Source: the human T2T-CHM13v2.0 reference genome, Homo sapiens. Taken from it: a stretch of DNA of 64,000 nucleotides. Positions 1-13,677 of this stretch are shown here, one piece after another (position 1 is the stretch's first letter; each line of letters opens with the position of its first letter). The position numbers and the translations under genes are program-made. The notes below the pieces were generated by a model that had not been told where the DNA came from, did no database searches, and saw only the letters and a program-made list of their open reading frames with translations. Location of the stretch: NCBI RefSeq assembly GCF_009914755.1, contig NC_060942.1, one strand, 5' to 3'.

Positions 1-109
1 GCAATGAATTCCCTTATTTCCTAGTTTGTCTGCTTCTTGTTATCGGGCAAATGCAGCTGGACCCGGCTTTGTTCTGAGAATATTAGTTTTTTAAAGAATT
101 AAAAATGTA

Positions 110-1010
<901 letters not shown>

Positions 1011-2601
1011 TACTTGCTGCAACCTGTGAAATTTCAACACACAGCCAAATTCTATTTTGCTTTTTTAAAGTTTTTTTTTTTAATCTATGTCCCAGAATAG
1101 CAAGATTTGGATCAACATAACACAAATTGGTCTCTAAATATTGAGTAATTAAGAATGATTCACAAATATAGCATTATAACCAAGTGCCCTAGGGCATTTG
1201 CAAAGCTGGGAGGCTGAATGGGTTATGGTGGCTGCCTGAGGATTCTGGGAGATGAGGTTGTCTTTCCTTCTCTGACTCTATCGCTGCTTCCTCCTCACTT
1301 CCCTAAGGCAGCAAGGGGTGCTGGATCCTTCCCAACTAGAAGTGCCTATTGTACAAGGCATATGGGTGTAGTTAGGAGTGGGGTGGGGCTGAAGCAGTTA
1401 GGATCCCACACCTGTCTATTCCTAGTGCATGTTCACATAATTTTGGACAACCAGAACTTTCGACTTGTTCTACAGCAACCAACAGAGAATTATTAATAAA
1501 TGCTCTTTTTTGGGGAGCTTGTAAGGTCTTTGATCTGTGGGAAGAGAAACACTTACTCTTTATTTTGTTTCTATCCTAGAGCTTGGAACAATAGTCAAAG
1601 TGTGAGCCAGTGAGGGTCTGTTGGCCAGAGTTGGCAAAAAGAAAGGTGAGCTGAAAACCTGAAGAAATCAATAACAGAACTGAATGATGTTGCAATGGCT
1701 GGGGGTAGTGAAAAAATTTTAAATGCTTCCACTTTCTGCACAGCGGGACATTCTCGGGGAAAGCACATTTTACGATGGACTCTCCACAGAGCAGAATATT
1801 TAATATTTCAACGTAGCAATAATACAGTCAAGGGCAATCAATAACAACTGCCACTTTTCTACCTGCCTTGATGAATGAAGGTGGGCTCTGGCCTCTCTCC
1901 AGTTGGTGCATTTCTGCCTGGCCTGTGCTTGTCAGCCAGGGAAGCATTCGTGGCCCCTGGATCCTGCTCCAGGCTGACTTCCCAGCACCCACCTCTGAGT
2001 TGGCCTGTCTTGTCTGTCACTACCAGAGAGAGGCCCCCTCAGGCTGCAGGGCTGAGCAGAAAGATACAGCAAGGCCAGCTTAAACTCCACCATCCCCAAA
2101 CACTGGATCAGGCTCCCATTGGCACAGGTTAATTCCAGCCATAGCGTCCTGCACAGGTGGCTCAGGAGGGAGAGCCACAAAGCCGAACGTGACAAGCGTT
2201 TCATTTTACAGGACGCTTGCTGAAGACTGGGCTGGAAGAAGAGGAGATTTCAAAACACAACACAATTAGCCCCACGTCACAGGTGTGTACTAAGCAAAAC
2301 CACAGCCCCAGAGCAGTCTTGGCTCTGAGTTGCACCACAAAGCTGAGGGCCTGGCTGGGAGCACAGGCTGTCAATTTCAAAAGAGATCCTTAGACAGAAA
2401 GTCATCACTTATTCATGCTTCATAAGCACACACAGACATTCAAATCCCTTAAAGACAGGATGCTGCATCACTTCAATTAACAGCAAAGTGAGGCCATTTG
2501 CAGCTCAAATTCTGCCAGCTGCTGATGGTAGGCGAGCTTCCGCAAGGAGGCAGTAAGCTGTCAAGCCCAATGCTACAGTGGCCAATTGAAATACAGGAAA
2601 A

Positions 2602-2920
2602 GGCCAGACGCAGTGGCTCACGCCTGTAATCCTAGCACTTTGGGAAGCCAAGGCAGGCAGATCACTTGAGCTCAGGAGTTTGAGACCAGCCTAGGCAACA
2701 TGGTGAAACCCCATCTCTATATAAAGTACAATTAGCTGGGCGTGGTGGTGTGTGCCTGTAGTCCTAGCTATTTGGAGGGCTGAGGTGGGAGGATGGCTTG
2801 AGCCTGTGAGGCAGAGGTTGCAGCGAACCAAGATCACACCACTGCCCTCCAGCCTGGGTGGCAGACCCAGACCCTGTTTTCAAAACAAAACAAAACAAAA
2901 CAAAAAGAAAAACAAATAAA
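2602..2920 (+). mobile_element. Alu (AluJ-like) with (AAAAC)n tail
   Basis: Dimeric Alu with J-type GAGCTCAGGAGTTTGAG and GGAGGATGGCTTGAGCC. Diverged TSD AAATACAGGAAA / AAATCTAGGAAA. Confidence 0.95.
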
Positions 2921-3020
2921 TCTAGGAAAGACTAACGTCCTCAGCTCTAGGAAAGATATTTGGGCATTTTTATGTTTTTCTTAATTTGTGGTACAAAACC
3001 AGAAAGTCTTAGTATTTGAC

Positions 3021-3285
3021 TGTGAAAGCTGTCATAATCAAAATGGAGTCACTAATGTGAAGAAAACTGTAACAAATAGAGCTAGGGAAGGCAATGGGAA
3101 GAGTGTTCTCACACATGTATGCCTGAGTTTAAAAACTCAACAAAACCACAATCTTGCACAAAGGCCATCACAACCTTACACAAAAAATACTTCTGCAAGG
3201 ACATTTGCCCTGCAACTGCCTGTTCAACATCAGACTGGTGGTGACCCTCATAGCCAAAGATAATTATTTCAAAACAATTGTGTAA
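3021..3285 (+). mobile_element. ERV1-class LTR 5' fragment (MER72-like)
   Basis: Starts TGTGAAAGCTGTCATAATCAAAATGGAGTCAC. Homologous to the minus-strand copy ending at ~27111. Family name uncertain. Confidence 0.6.
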
Positions 3286-4013
3286 AGTATTGTACAATTG
3301 TGTAGTTTTATTTGGCATGCATATTCCCATTGCCATGCCTAGGCGCAAATAAATCTCTTTTCTTTTAGAGATCCTCTCTCTGTTATTTAGGTTGACATGA
3401 GCTTTACTTGATAGGTAAGAAGAGGTACAAATTAGAAATAGCAGACCTGTTGGAGAAGGTGAAGCAGCAGCAAACTCATTATCACATGAATGGATGTTCT
3501 GTGTAGTTGGAATAAAAAGCTGGGACATTTTACTGGGACCTAAATGGCTTCAAATCAATGCCTCATACAAATGTAGGCATTAGATGGAACAAAACAAAAC
3601 ACCAGCAGCAAAACACACAATACTGCAGGAATCATGATAACCAAGTAGGTCTCTACTGATAAAACTTTTACAAAGCCATTGTTGACACAGTGTACCTCAA
3701 GTATTGGAGGGAGATGGCCTCGGTATAACTCTTTGTCCTAACATTTATTGATAAGAATCATCTGGTTGGAAGGCCCTTGTAGAGACTACTTAGTTCAATA
3801 ATTCTTAACCAGGTGACATTACCCACCCCATCTCCTGTCATGGGGCTTTTGGAAATGTTTGGGTGTGGTTCTGGTTTTCATAATAACTGAGGATGGGCAG
3901 CTTTATAACTGAGAATTAGAGACCAGATGTCAAGGAGCGTTAAACATCCTTAACCCCTATATATGAGCAGTTCCACATAAGAATGATCCCAACTGAAAAG
4001 TCAGTAGTGCCTC

Positions 4014-4366
4014 TATGTTAGTCTGTTCTCATTCTGCTAATAAAGACGTACCTGAGACGGTAGTTTATAAAGGAAAGAGGTTTAATTGACTCACAGTTCC
4101 ATATGGCTGGGGAGGCCTCACAATCATACCAGAAGGTGAATGAAGAGCGAAGTCACATCTTGCATGTTGGCAGGCAAGAGAGTTTGTGCAAGGGAACACC
4201 CATCTATAAAACCATCAGATCTCATGAGACTTATTCACTACCACGAGAATGGTATAGGGGAAACCACCACATGATTCAATTGTCTCCACCTGGCCCTACC
4301 CTTGACATGTGGGGATTATTACAATTCAAAGTGAGAGTCAGGTGGGGACACAGCCAAATCATATCA
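4014..4366 (-). mobile_element. THE1 (THE1B/C-like) MaLR solo LTR
   Basis: THE1 consensus throughout. Exact 5-bp TSD GCCTC at 4009-4013 and 4367-4371. Confidence 0.9.
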
Positions 4367-4595
4367 GCCTCCATTGGGAAACACTAACTTAGACCAATCA
4401 CCCCATTATACAGATGAGAAAGCTGAAGCTTCAGGTTATGAAGTTTTTTTATCTAAGATCGCCCAGGTCAGTGACAAAGCTGGGCCCAGGACCCAAGATT
4501 CCTGACTCCCACTTCAGGGTATCCTTCCTTAAGTTTCCAGTGACCACCTTTCATAAACTTAGGACTGAGTTTGACAAGTGGGAGGGCACACCTGC

Positions 4596-5186
4596 CTAAA
4601 CTAAAAGTATCTGAGACAGGTCTTAGTCAATTTAGAAAGTTTATTTTGCTAAGGTTAAGGAAGAACCATGACACAGCCTCAGGAGGTCCGAACAACATGT
4701 GCCCAAGGGGGTTGGGGTACAGCTTGGTTTCATACATTTCAGGGAGATATGAGACATCAATCAATACATGTAAGATGTACAATGGTTTGGTCTAGAAAGG
4801 TGGGACAACTCATGGGTGGGGGGCTTCCAGGTTATGGTAGATTTAAAGATTTTTTGATTGGCTATTCGTTAAAAGTTATTATCAATAGAAAGGAATGTCT
4901 GGGTTATGATAAAGGGTTGTGGAGACCAAGTATTTATCAGGCAGATGAAGCCCCCAGGTAGCAGGCTTCAGAGAGAATGGATTGCAAATGTTTCTTATCA
5001 GACGTAAAGAGTCTGTTCTGTCAGTAATTCAAAAGGGAGGAGGGTATAATGAGGCATGTCCAGCTCCCCATTCCCATCATGGCCTGAACTAACTAGTTGT
5101 TCAGGTTAACTTTGAAATGCCCTTGGCCCCGAGGAGGGGTCTATTCAGATGGCTGAGGGGGCTTAGAATTTTATTTTTGGTTTATA
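4596..5186 (-). mobile_element. MER4-family ERV1 solo LTR
   Basis: The reverse complement begins TATAAACCAAAAATAAAATTCTAAGCCCC, the MER4 LTR start. CCTG flanks both ends. Confidence 0.8.
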
Positions 5187-5565
5187 CCTGGGACAACAGG
5201 ATAGCATTTTAAATCAGGACTGCCCTGAGAGTGTCTCCCAGCTCTGTATTAGGCTGACCTGGTGCCTGTGCTCCAAAGCCTCACCTGCTGAGATCTACTA
5301 ACAAGGCAGTCTTGGTGAGCGGACCAGATGGTGGAGAACTGTTGTTTTATCACAGGGAGGAGGAGACACTGAAACTCTGGGTCCTCCAGGAGAGGTGCCA
5401 TGGTCATAGCAGGCCCTGCACCCTTTTTGCTTCTTGCTCCTCTCTGGGGGTAGAACTTTCTGCACTCCACACAAATGGATAAGGCATAAAACAGTAGGTT
5501 CACCTGCAGCCATCAGACAACAGGCATTTGATTTTTAACATGTTTTTTTGAAAAGACACAAGCAA

Positions 5566-6622
5566 CTCTCTCCAGGCATCCTTTGAGAATGACATCATCT
5601 TTAAAACTCTGCATGGCAATCCCTGACACACTACTGTGATGCCCAGGGAAGACAGGGCAACCTGGAAGTCCAACTACTTCCTTAAGGTCATCGAACATTT
5701 GGATGATTATCCAAAATGCTTCATTGTGGGAGTGAACAATGTGGGCTCCGAGCAGATGAAGCAGATCCAAATGTCCCTGCAAGGGAAGGCTGGTGGACAA
5801 GAGCACCATGATGCATGAGGCTATCCAAGGACATCTGGAAAACAACACAGCTCTGGAGAAACCATTGCCTCATTTCATTTCTGGGGGTATGTAGGTTTTG
5901 TGTTCACCAAGTAGGACCTCACTGAGATCAGGGACTTGCTGCCACTTATGCTGGTGCTATTGCCCCATGTGAAGTCACTATGCTCACCTGGAACCCTGGT
6001 CTGGGGCCCAAGAAGACCTTTCTTACAGGTTTTCGGCATCAGGAACTAAGATGTTCAGGGGCTCCGTTGAAATCCTGAGTGAGGTGCCACTGATTAAGAC
6101 TGGAGACAAAGCGGGAGCCAGTGAAGCCACACTGGTGAACATGTGGAACATCTCCCCCTCCTCCTTTGAGCTGATCATCCAGCCGGTGTTTGACAACTGC
6201 AGCATCTACAACCCTGAAGTGCTTGACATGGCAGAGGAAACTGCATCCTTGCTTCCTGGAGGGTGTCTGTAATGTTCCCAGTGTCTGTCTGCAGATTGGT
6301 TACCCAACTGTTGCATCAGTTCCCTATCCTATCATCAGCAGGTACAAATGGGTGCTGGCTTTGTCTGTGGAGACTGATTACGCCTTCCTGCTTGCTGGAA
6401 AGGCCAAGGCCATCTTTGCTGCTCCATCTGCATTTTGTGGCTGCTGCTCCTGTGGACGCTCCTGCTACTACTGCTGCTGCAGCCCCAAACAAAGTTGAAG
6501 CCAAGGAAGAGTCAGAGGAGGATATGGAATTTGGTCTCTTTGACTAATCACTGAAAAGCAACAAACTCAGCTAACTTTATTTGCAAAACAAGGAAATCAA
6601 GGCTTGCTTCTCTTAAAAAGAA
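5566..6622 (+). pseudogene. Processed pseudogene of RPLP0 (60S acidic ribosomal protein P0/uL10)
   Basis: Intronless. Pyrimidine-rich RPLP0-like 5'UTR, ATG at 5639 ([16 protein letters not shown]...), C-terminus [18 protein letters not shown] ending 6547. Multiple frameshifts, a premature TAG at ~5912 and small deletions. Short A tail. 15-bp TSD AAAAGACACA(A/T)GCAA at 5551-5565 and 6623-6637. The specific RPLP0P number cannot be determined here. Confidence 0.97.
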
Positions 6623-7073
6623 AAAAGACACATGCAAACAAAAAGAAAGAAATGACCCCCTGAGTTGAGGTAGTGTCAGTTTTTCCACTGAAACAGAGAA
6701 CAAAAGTTATTTAAATAGCTTGCAACTTTCTGATGATGACTCCTGCTTGAAACGCTGGGCCTGTCCTGAATTCCCTGTACTTTGTACCTTCCATGGCATG
6801 GATCATGTTCTGTTCTTCCTCTGTAATAATTTATGCACACTTAGCTGCTCCTGGTGTTAGATCCCAAGCTCTGCAGTGCAGACTCTATTTTAGTCAACTT
6901 AAGCCAACACGTGCCTCACATAGGCATACAGTAGACTTTTCAAAAATGCTTGTTGCATAAACAAGTGCAGACCAACTAACTCAGAACTGAGTCTTTTTCT
7001 TTCTGCTGCTGATATGCTGGGGCACTCACAGACTTGGGGACCATGTCACTCTCCTTTCATTCCTTAAGGTTTC

Positions 7074-7476
7074 GCATATGGTTTGGATATTTGTCCATTC
7101 TAAAACCTCATGTTGAATTGTTATCCCCAATGTTGGAGGTGAGGCCTCATGGGAGGTGTTTGGGTCATGGAAGAGGGTCCTTCATGAATGGCTGGGTATG
7201 GTCCTGTTGGTAATGAGAGTGAGTTCTCACTCTATTAATTCACTTGAGATTTGATTGTTTAAAAAATCTGGCACCTCCCCTCTCTTGCCATGTGATATGC
7301 TGGCTCCCCTTCCCTTCCACCATGATTGTAAGCTTCCTGAGTCCTCACCATAAGCCAGGCAGATGCTGGTGCCATGCTCATATAGCCTGCAGAACTATAA
7401 GCTGAATAAACCTCTTTTCTTCATAAATTACCCAGTCTCAGGTATTCCTTTATAGCAACACAAATGGACTAATATA
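7074..7476 (+). mobile_element. MSTB-like MaLR LTR
   Basis: TATGGTTTGGATATTTGTCC ... AAATGGACTAATATA, typical MST LTR. Confidence 0.85.
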
Positions 7477-7649
7477 GTATCAAATAGGTCTAGAGTCAGA
7501 TGGTTGGAGTTGAATCCTGCCTGTACTGTTGACTGTTTGACCTTGAAGAAGCTACTTAATCTCTTTGGGCTTCAGGGTCCATATCTGTACAATGACCATG
7601 ATGACTATACTTATAAGACTGCTGAGAGGATTCAGTATGGGATAATACA

Positions 7650-8385
7650 TGTGTCATTCCAGAGTATTTTCCAATACCAAAAACCAATTCTCCAATTCTC
7701 TGGACACCAACTGGGTGTCCTACAATTTGATTCAATTCTGACACTAACTCTAAGTAGTTAGTGTCGGATTCCACAGATTTAAGGGTTCGGTCCCACAAGA
7801 CTGCCTCAACTGCAGATACCAGTCACAAGTCCAGGGTCACTGAACTTCTGACCAACTGGCTATAAATGTGCAGTTCCCACAACCCTCTCCTCAAGTTCGA
7901 TAATCTGCTAGAATGCATTTCAGATCTCAGAAAAATATTTTTGTTTACTGGTTTATTATAAAGGATACAACTCAGGAACAGCCAAACAGAAAAGGTGCAT
8001 AGGGCAAGGTCTGGGGAGTGCAGAGTGTTTCTGTGCCCTCTCTGGGTGCACTACTCTCCCAGCACCTCCATGTGTTTGCCAACCTGAAAGCTCTCCAAAT
8101 CTCATTTTTCAATAGTTTTTATACAGCTCAATCTCCAGCCCTCCCCCAGAAGGTAGTAGGTGGGGCTGAAGGTTCCCACTCTCTAATCGCTCCGTCTTTC
8201 TGGTGATCAACCACTTCCTGAGGCTACTTAGGAGTCCTACCTAAGTCACTGCATTAGCATAAACTCAGATGTGACTGAAAGGGGTTCCTTATGAATAACA
8301 ATTCATTACTCAGAAAATTCCAATAGTTTTGGGAGCACTGTGTTGGCAACTGGAGACAAAGACCAAATATATTTCTTGTTATACT
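7650..8385 (-). mobile_element. MER21-like LTR inserted in a MIR
   Basis: Reverse complement starts ...TAACAAGAAATATATTTGGTCTTTGTCTCC. MIR sequence flanks both sides (7490-7649, 8386-8410). Confidence 0.7.
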
Positions 8386-11078
8386 TAGCACAGTGCCTGG
8401 CTGGTGTCATAAACCGTTAGTGGATGAATGTTATCTGTTGTCATCAACATCACCATTACCTTCCTCAGATAAGTCTACTGTCTTGCAATTGAGGTTTTCT
8501 AAGGTGTAGATTGAAGATATGAATCACAGCTTTTCATTAAAACAGGAAAGCACTCAGAACAATACAAGGGTCAGGACACTGAGCCTGACATTCAAAATCT
8601 GTTAATTTCAAACAAAATGTCTCAGCCTGAAAGGCTGCACTCAGGACAAAGGACCATATGGCGGCTTGGTTGGTGGCATCAGGCAGAGTACTGGAAGAAT
8701 AATTCTTAGGCCAAACTGTTTTTAATTTAAATGATCTGGAAAGGAGAGTAAGCCACACATTATGTATACCCAGAGGTGTGTTAAGCATTAAAGACAACTC
8801 AGAAATAACACGACGTTAAAAAATACTTGTCTCCAAGATGAAAAATAAAGTACCATTTGACAGAGAATGTTGAGAATGACAATCCATGTTAATTAGCATG
8901 GGTTTCTGAGTCCCTGGCTTGACAGCAATAATTTTCAGGCAGGCTAAGATTTTAATTAAAATGGAAGAAGAATTACTGAAGTCTCTTGAGTGCTGACAAT
9001 CAACAAGAAACTTATCAGGTTGGAAGAAGCTGGTGAGAATTTGCAGGTGGTTGGAATAATGTCAGGTGGAACTTCCTATGGTTCTAGGAGTCCTTAGAAA
9101 TTATTTAGTTTAAGACTATTATTTTACAGGAAAAGAAATGAAACTCTTGGGAGGTGATGTGATTTGCCCACATCCTACACAGTAAGTTAGTGACATAATT
9201 CAGTCAGCCAACCTCCACCCAGCACTCCCCTCACTTACACCATTTTAAGGAACCTTGTATAAGTTGGAGTTGGCTCCTCCTGTCTCTCAGCTTTTTTCTA
9301 TTTCCAGTCTTAAAAGAGGAGATTTTTTCAGATGCAGATAATTTTTGATATGCTCATTATATTTCCTGAGTTTTGAATGCTTTGAACATTTTTATATAAT
9401 AAAGTGATCTCCCATTATGGGAAATATGTAATTCTTTTCTTCCAGAGTCTCTCTATGCAACTTTCTTGATAGACATTTACCTATAAAGGTAGATTTTTTT
9501 AATCACTAAAGGAGATTTCAGGCATCCATGTCCCATCAGATCCTGCTGGCACCTCGAAGTCAAGGCCTCTATTTCCTTCTTCACCCAGAAAAGACACATT
9601 GGTTGCGGGCCTGGCATCAGACTGGCTCTGACCTTCTGTGATACACATTACCCTTCTTGGCCTCAGTTTTCCCCTCTGCAAAGAAGAGTTTGGGAAAGTT
9701 GAAGGCCAAGGTCTATCCTAGTCTCACAGCTGGTGTCCCACACTTACTTTGTTTAAAAGCCAGCTCTGCCTTTGCAAACGTACCAAACTGACTGGGGTCA
9801 TATGGATTTTGCAGCAGAATGAAATGTGAAATTAATGTTTTTCCCATTAATAAATTATACAAGACTCAGAGGCATCTTCCCCCAAAGGCCCTTACTTGGA
9901 AAAATTTCTCCCCCTCTGTTAAATATATCAGAAACTAAACTGTAAAGAAGTTATATGGACTCATATATGAGTGAAGGAAACATTCACTCCTGCAGGAAGA
10001 TGGGAGGAAGAACAACTTGAAACAGATACAATGGAAACAAATCCATTCCCTGCTATTCCTTGAAATGCAGAAAGGAAAACATAAATGGCACTCATTAGAG
10101 GGGAGGAAAGAGCACAGTCAGGAAGCTGTGTTGGGGAAACTACTCCACGTCTTTTTGCATCCCCAACTTTGAGCTCGGCCTTTATTTGTTGTATTATTAA
10201 TAACAAAGATAATTTTTTTGAATTTCCACCATAAGGTAGGTCCAAATGCTTTTCAAATGTCAAGATCTATTATTATGATCACTACCACCATCTTTATTAT
10301 CATCATCAACATCACGTAGGGTCCATCTCTGCATTCCCTGAACATAAATGGGGACAACGTTGTGCTTTTCACTCTAATCTTGTGGTTGGAGTTAGAGTAG
10401 GGGTCATGCAAGCCACTGATGGTAATGAGATGGACTCTTGCTATGAAAATTCAAGTCCAAAAAAAGTAGAGAAGATCTTCCTTCTCTCCCTAAGTTGCCC
10501 AGGTCTAAATATACTGACAAAGACGCTGTCTAAAATATAGCATTAGCCACAAGGAGGAAGTTGCAAAATAGCATGTACATGTATGATAGCATTTTTGTTA
10601 AAAACATCAGCAAATCTCCATGTTAGGATATGCATAGAAAAAGATTTTGAAGAATAGATACAAAACCTTTTACAGTGATTACTTTTATGGGGATGGAATT
10701 ATGGAAGATGTTAGCTTTCTAGTTTCTGTATTTCCAAAATTTTTTAGTAACAAATCATATTTAATTAGAAAACTAAAGTTTAAAACAAAACTTCTTCAGG
10801 AAAGCAATCTTCCCCTCTTTATTATCACAAGAGACTCTTTCCTTCATACAATGATTTAAAACTTTACCAGGCATAAGTGATGAGTGTGGGGGTTTATTAT
10901 ACTTTTCTTTGTATTTTTATATTGTTTGAAAATATCCATAAGCTTTTGCACACACACAGAGAATAAAAATGCTGAAGACATTCCTGAGCTTTATATTAAG
11001 AGAGATATCTATAATTTTTCTGAATACAAAAGTGAATTTTAAATTCAAATATCGCTGGTGATTATGAAAGTCCCTCAT

Positions 11079-11472
11079 TGTTTTAGTCCATTCAGGCCAC
11101 GGCAATAAAATATCATAGTGGGTGACTTATAAGCAACAGAACTTTATTGCACACACTTCTAGAGGCACATTGGGTTGGGGGCCTGGCATCAGACTGGCTC
11201 TGGATCTAGGAAGTCCAAGATCAAGGTGCTAACAGATTCAGTGTCTGGCAAGGGCCTGATTTCTTGTTCATAAATGGTGACTTTTCTGTTTGTCCTCACA
11301 TGGTAGAAGGAGCAAGAGGTCTCTCTCAGGCCCCTTTTATAAGGGCATAATCCCATTCATGAGAGTTCTGTCCCCATGAGCTAATCACCTCCCAAAGGCC
11401 CTGCCCTTAACCTTGGGGGTTAGGGTTTCAATATGTGAATATTGAAGAGACACAAATATTCAAACCATAGCA
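11079..11472 (-). mobile_element. MLT1A-like MaLR solo LTR carrying a 40-bp foreign insert
   Basis: TG...CA termini with exact 5-bp TSD CTCAT at 11074-11078 and 11473-11477. Confidence 0.88.
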
Positions 11473-11609
11473 CTCATTAATCTATGCCCCCATAATGACT
11501 GACAACATGGTGACATGTAGTATAAATGTAAACATATAGCTATATAGAGATATTTAGTTAGTTTTTATTTGAAATGAGAACATACTACAAAAAATAAAAT
11601 ATTTATTGG

Positions 11610-11837
11610 GATTAGTGGTTTCCTAGGGCTGAGAGGGGGATATGGGGATATTATAGCCTGAGCTGAGGAGTGAATACTGGTGGGTACTGGGCTCTTTTTC
11701 AGGTGATGAAAATGTTCTAAAATTATATTGTGATAATGACTGCATAGCTCTGTGATTATACTTAAAACATTAGATTGCACACTTTAGGTAAATTGTATGT
11801 ATGTGAATTATATTGCAATAAAGCTATTTAAAAAAAC
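11610..11837 (+). mobile_element. Old L1M 3' end fragment
   Basis: GGTGATGAAAATGTTCTAAAATT ... GAATTATATTGCAATAAAGCT, a typical L1MB/MC 3' terminus. Confidence 0.75.
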
Positions 11838-11915
11838 CCCAAATTCTTGGGGCTCTTGTTTCTTCTGGCTGTGTACTAAACAGAGGCATCTGAGAATATA
11901 TAAGGATACATCTCT

Positions 11916-12206
11916 GCCAGGTGCGGTGGCTAATGCCTGTAATCCCAGCACTTTGGGAGGCCGAGGCAGGCAGATCACTCGAGGCCAGGAGTTCAAGACC
12001 GGTCTGGACAACATAGCAAAACCCCGTCTCTACTCAAAGTACAAAAATTAGCTGGACATGGTGGTACATGCCTGTAATCCCAGCTACTCGGATGCTGAAG
12101 CAGGAGAATCACTTGAATCCGGGAGGCAGAGGTTGCGGTGGGCTGAGATTGCGCCAGTTCACTGCAGCCTGTGACAGAACAAGAATCCCTCTTAAAAAAA
12201 AAAAAA
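11916..12206 (+). mobile_element. Alu (AluSz/Jb-like)
   Basis: Dimeric Alu with poly(A). TSD core GATACATCT at 11905-11913 and 12207-12215. Confidence 0.95.
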
Positions 12207-13179
12207 GATACATCTGATAAATAGGGAATAACCATCTTTATGGTCAGAAACAAACTATAATGAGCATGATAAAATGAGGCATATTGGCCACCTACATTCG
12301 CATGAGTATTATATTTCATAAGTAGAGAGAGTCCAGATCCAGGCTGGCTAACTTAGCCAAGCCAATCACATAGGCAAGGGAGTGATGTGTAGGAGAACAG
12401 ATCACACTGATCCTAATGGACCAAGGTAGAACCATCCTGGCCACAGTCAGGCCAGCCATGTTCCCAGCTGCACAGGGTGGGGAAGGCCCCAGAGTCAGCA
12501 AGACTTTAGGGACTCAAGGGGGACCATTTGAGGTGTGTGTGGTGGCTCCAGCAAAGTTCTTACACAATTGCAAGCTTCACTCTCCAAGGTCTTGAATGGT
12601 TCCACCAAACATTAAAGAGCAGGCCTGGTTGTTATAGGCCTGGCTTATAGAGATTAAGGTCCATCCTCACATCTCAGGGGTGGGTTCCTGCTCCTCCAAG
12701 GCTCTGGTGTAGAGAGGAGGGCAAATAATAAATTGGCTGAGATTAAATTCTGCTGCCCCCATCTTCGTCACAACTGTGACTGGAGAGAGATTGAATTATG
12801 GAATAATAAGAGAAGTACTATTTCCTGCATATCTGAGTTTGGGGACTGAAATTTATCCATGCTATATATGAAGGGAACACTTTGATGGTCAGAAACAGAC
12901 CATAATGAATGTGACCGCATAAAGATGAGTGTAATTGGGGCTCAAGGTGAATACCACATTTTAGGAATTCCTGGATTCTAGTTCTAATCTCTCCTCTAAA
13001 AAAAAACCTTCACCAGTGTCACAGACATATTAACCAACATTTGCTAAGTTTTGTAATCTATGAATGAGAAAATTCTGTAACGGTAACATCTCTTTGCCAC
13101 CAACAAGTGACATGCAGAGGCCAGAGGAACTTGCCTGGGGGAAGAGGGCAAGACTATGAGTCACCAGATGGAATAGGAA

Positions 13180-13677
13180 CATGGTGGTTTTAGAACATGT
13201 CCATAAACACTTTGAGACTCTTCCCAACAAAACCTGGAGTCTAATTCCCTTCCCCTTAAGTATGGGGCAACTTGAGTGATTTGCTTCTAAGTGGTAGAAG
13301 GCAGTAGAAAAGGTGCTGCATGACTCCAAGGCTAGGTCATAAAAGGGTGTGCATGGGCACATTTGCCCTTGGAATCCAGCCACCAAGCTGTGAAGAAACC
13401 CAGGTCACCTTGGAAGGCTGTCAGCAGGTGTTCTGGCCAGCAGCCCCTGCTGAGTTTCCAGCGACAGGCAGCATCCACCATCACACATGGGAATAGGAAA
13501 GCCTTTGAGATGACCCCAGCCTCAGCCATCATTTAACGGCAACTGCACGAGAGACCCTGAGTAAGGACCACTTCACTGATCCCAGTAACCCGCAAAACTA
13601 GAAGAGATAACAATAAAAGGTGTTTGTTCATATTTTATGCTACAAAGTTTGAGTTGATTTGTTACACAGCAACATAT
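13180..13677 (+). mobile_element. MLT1F/G-like MaLR LTR
   Basis: MLT1-type start TGGTGGTTTTAGAACATGTCC and end TTTGTTACACAGCAACATA. Confidence 0.7.

Noticed and set aside
4272-4282. DUX4 site position in the THE1 LTR
   Set aside because: Reads TGATTCAATTG rather than TGATTCAATTA, so the motif is degraded.
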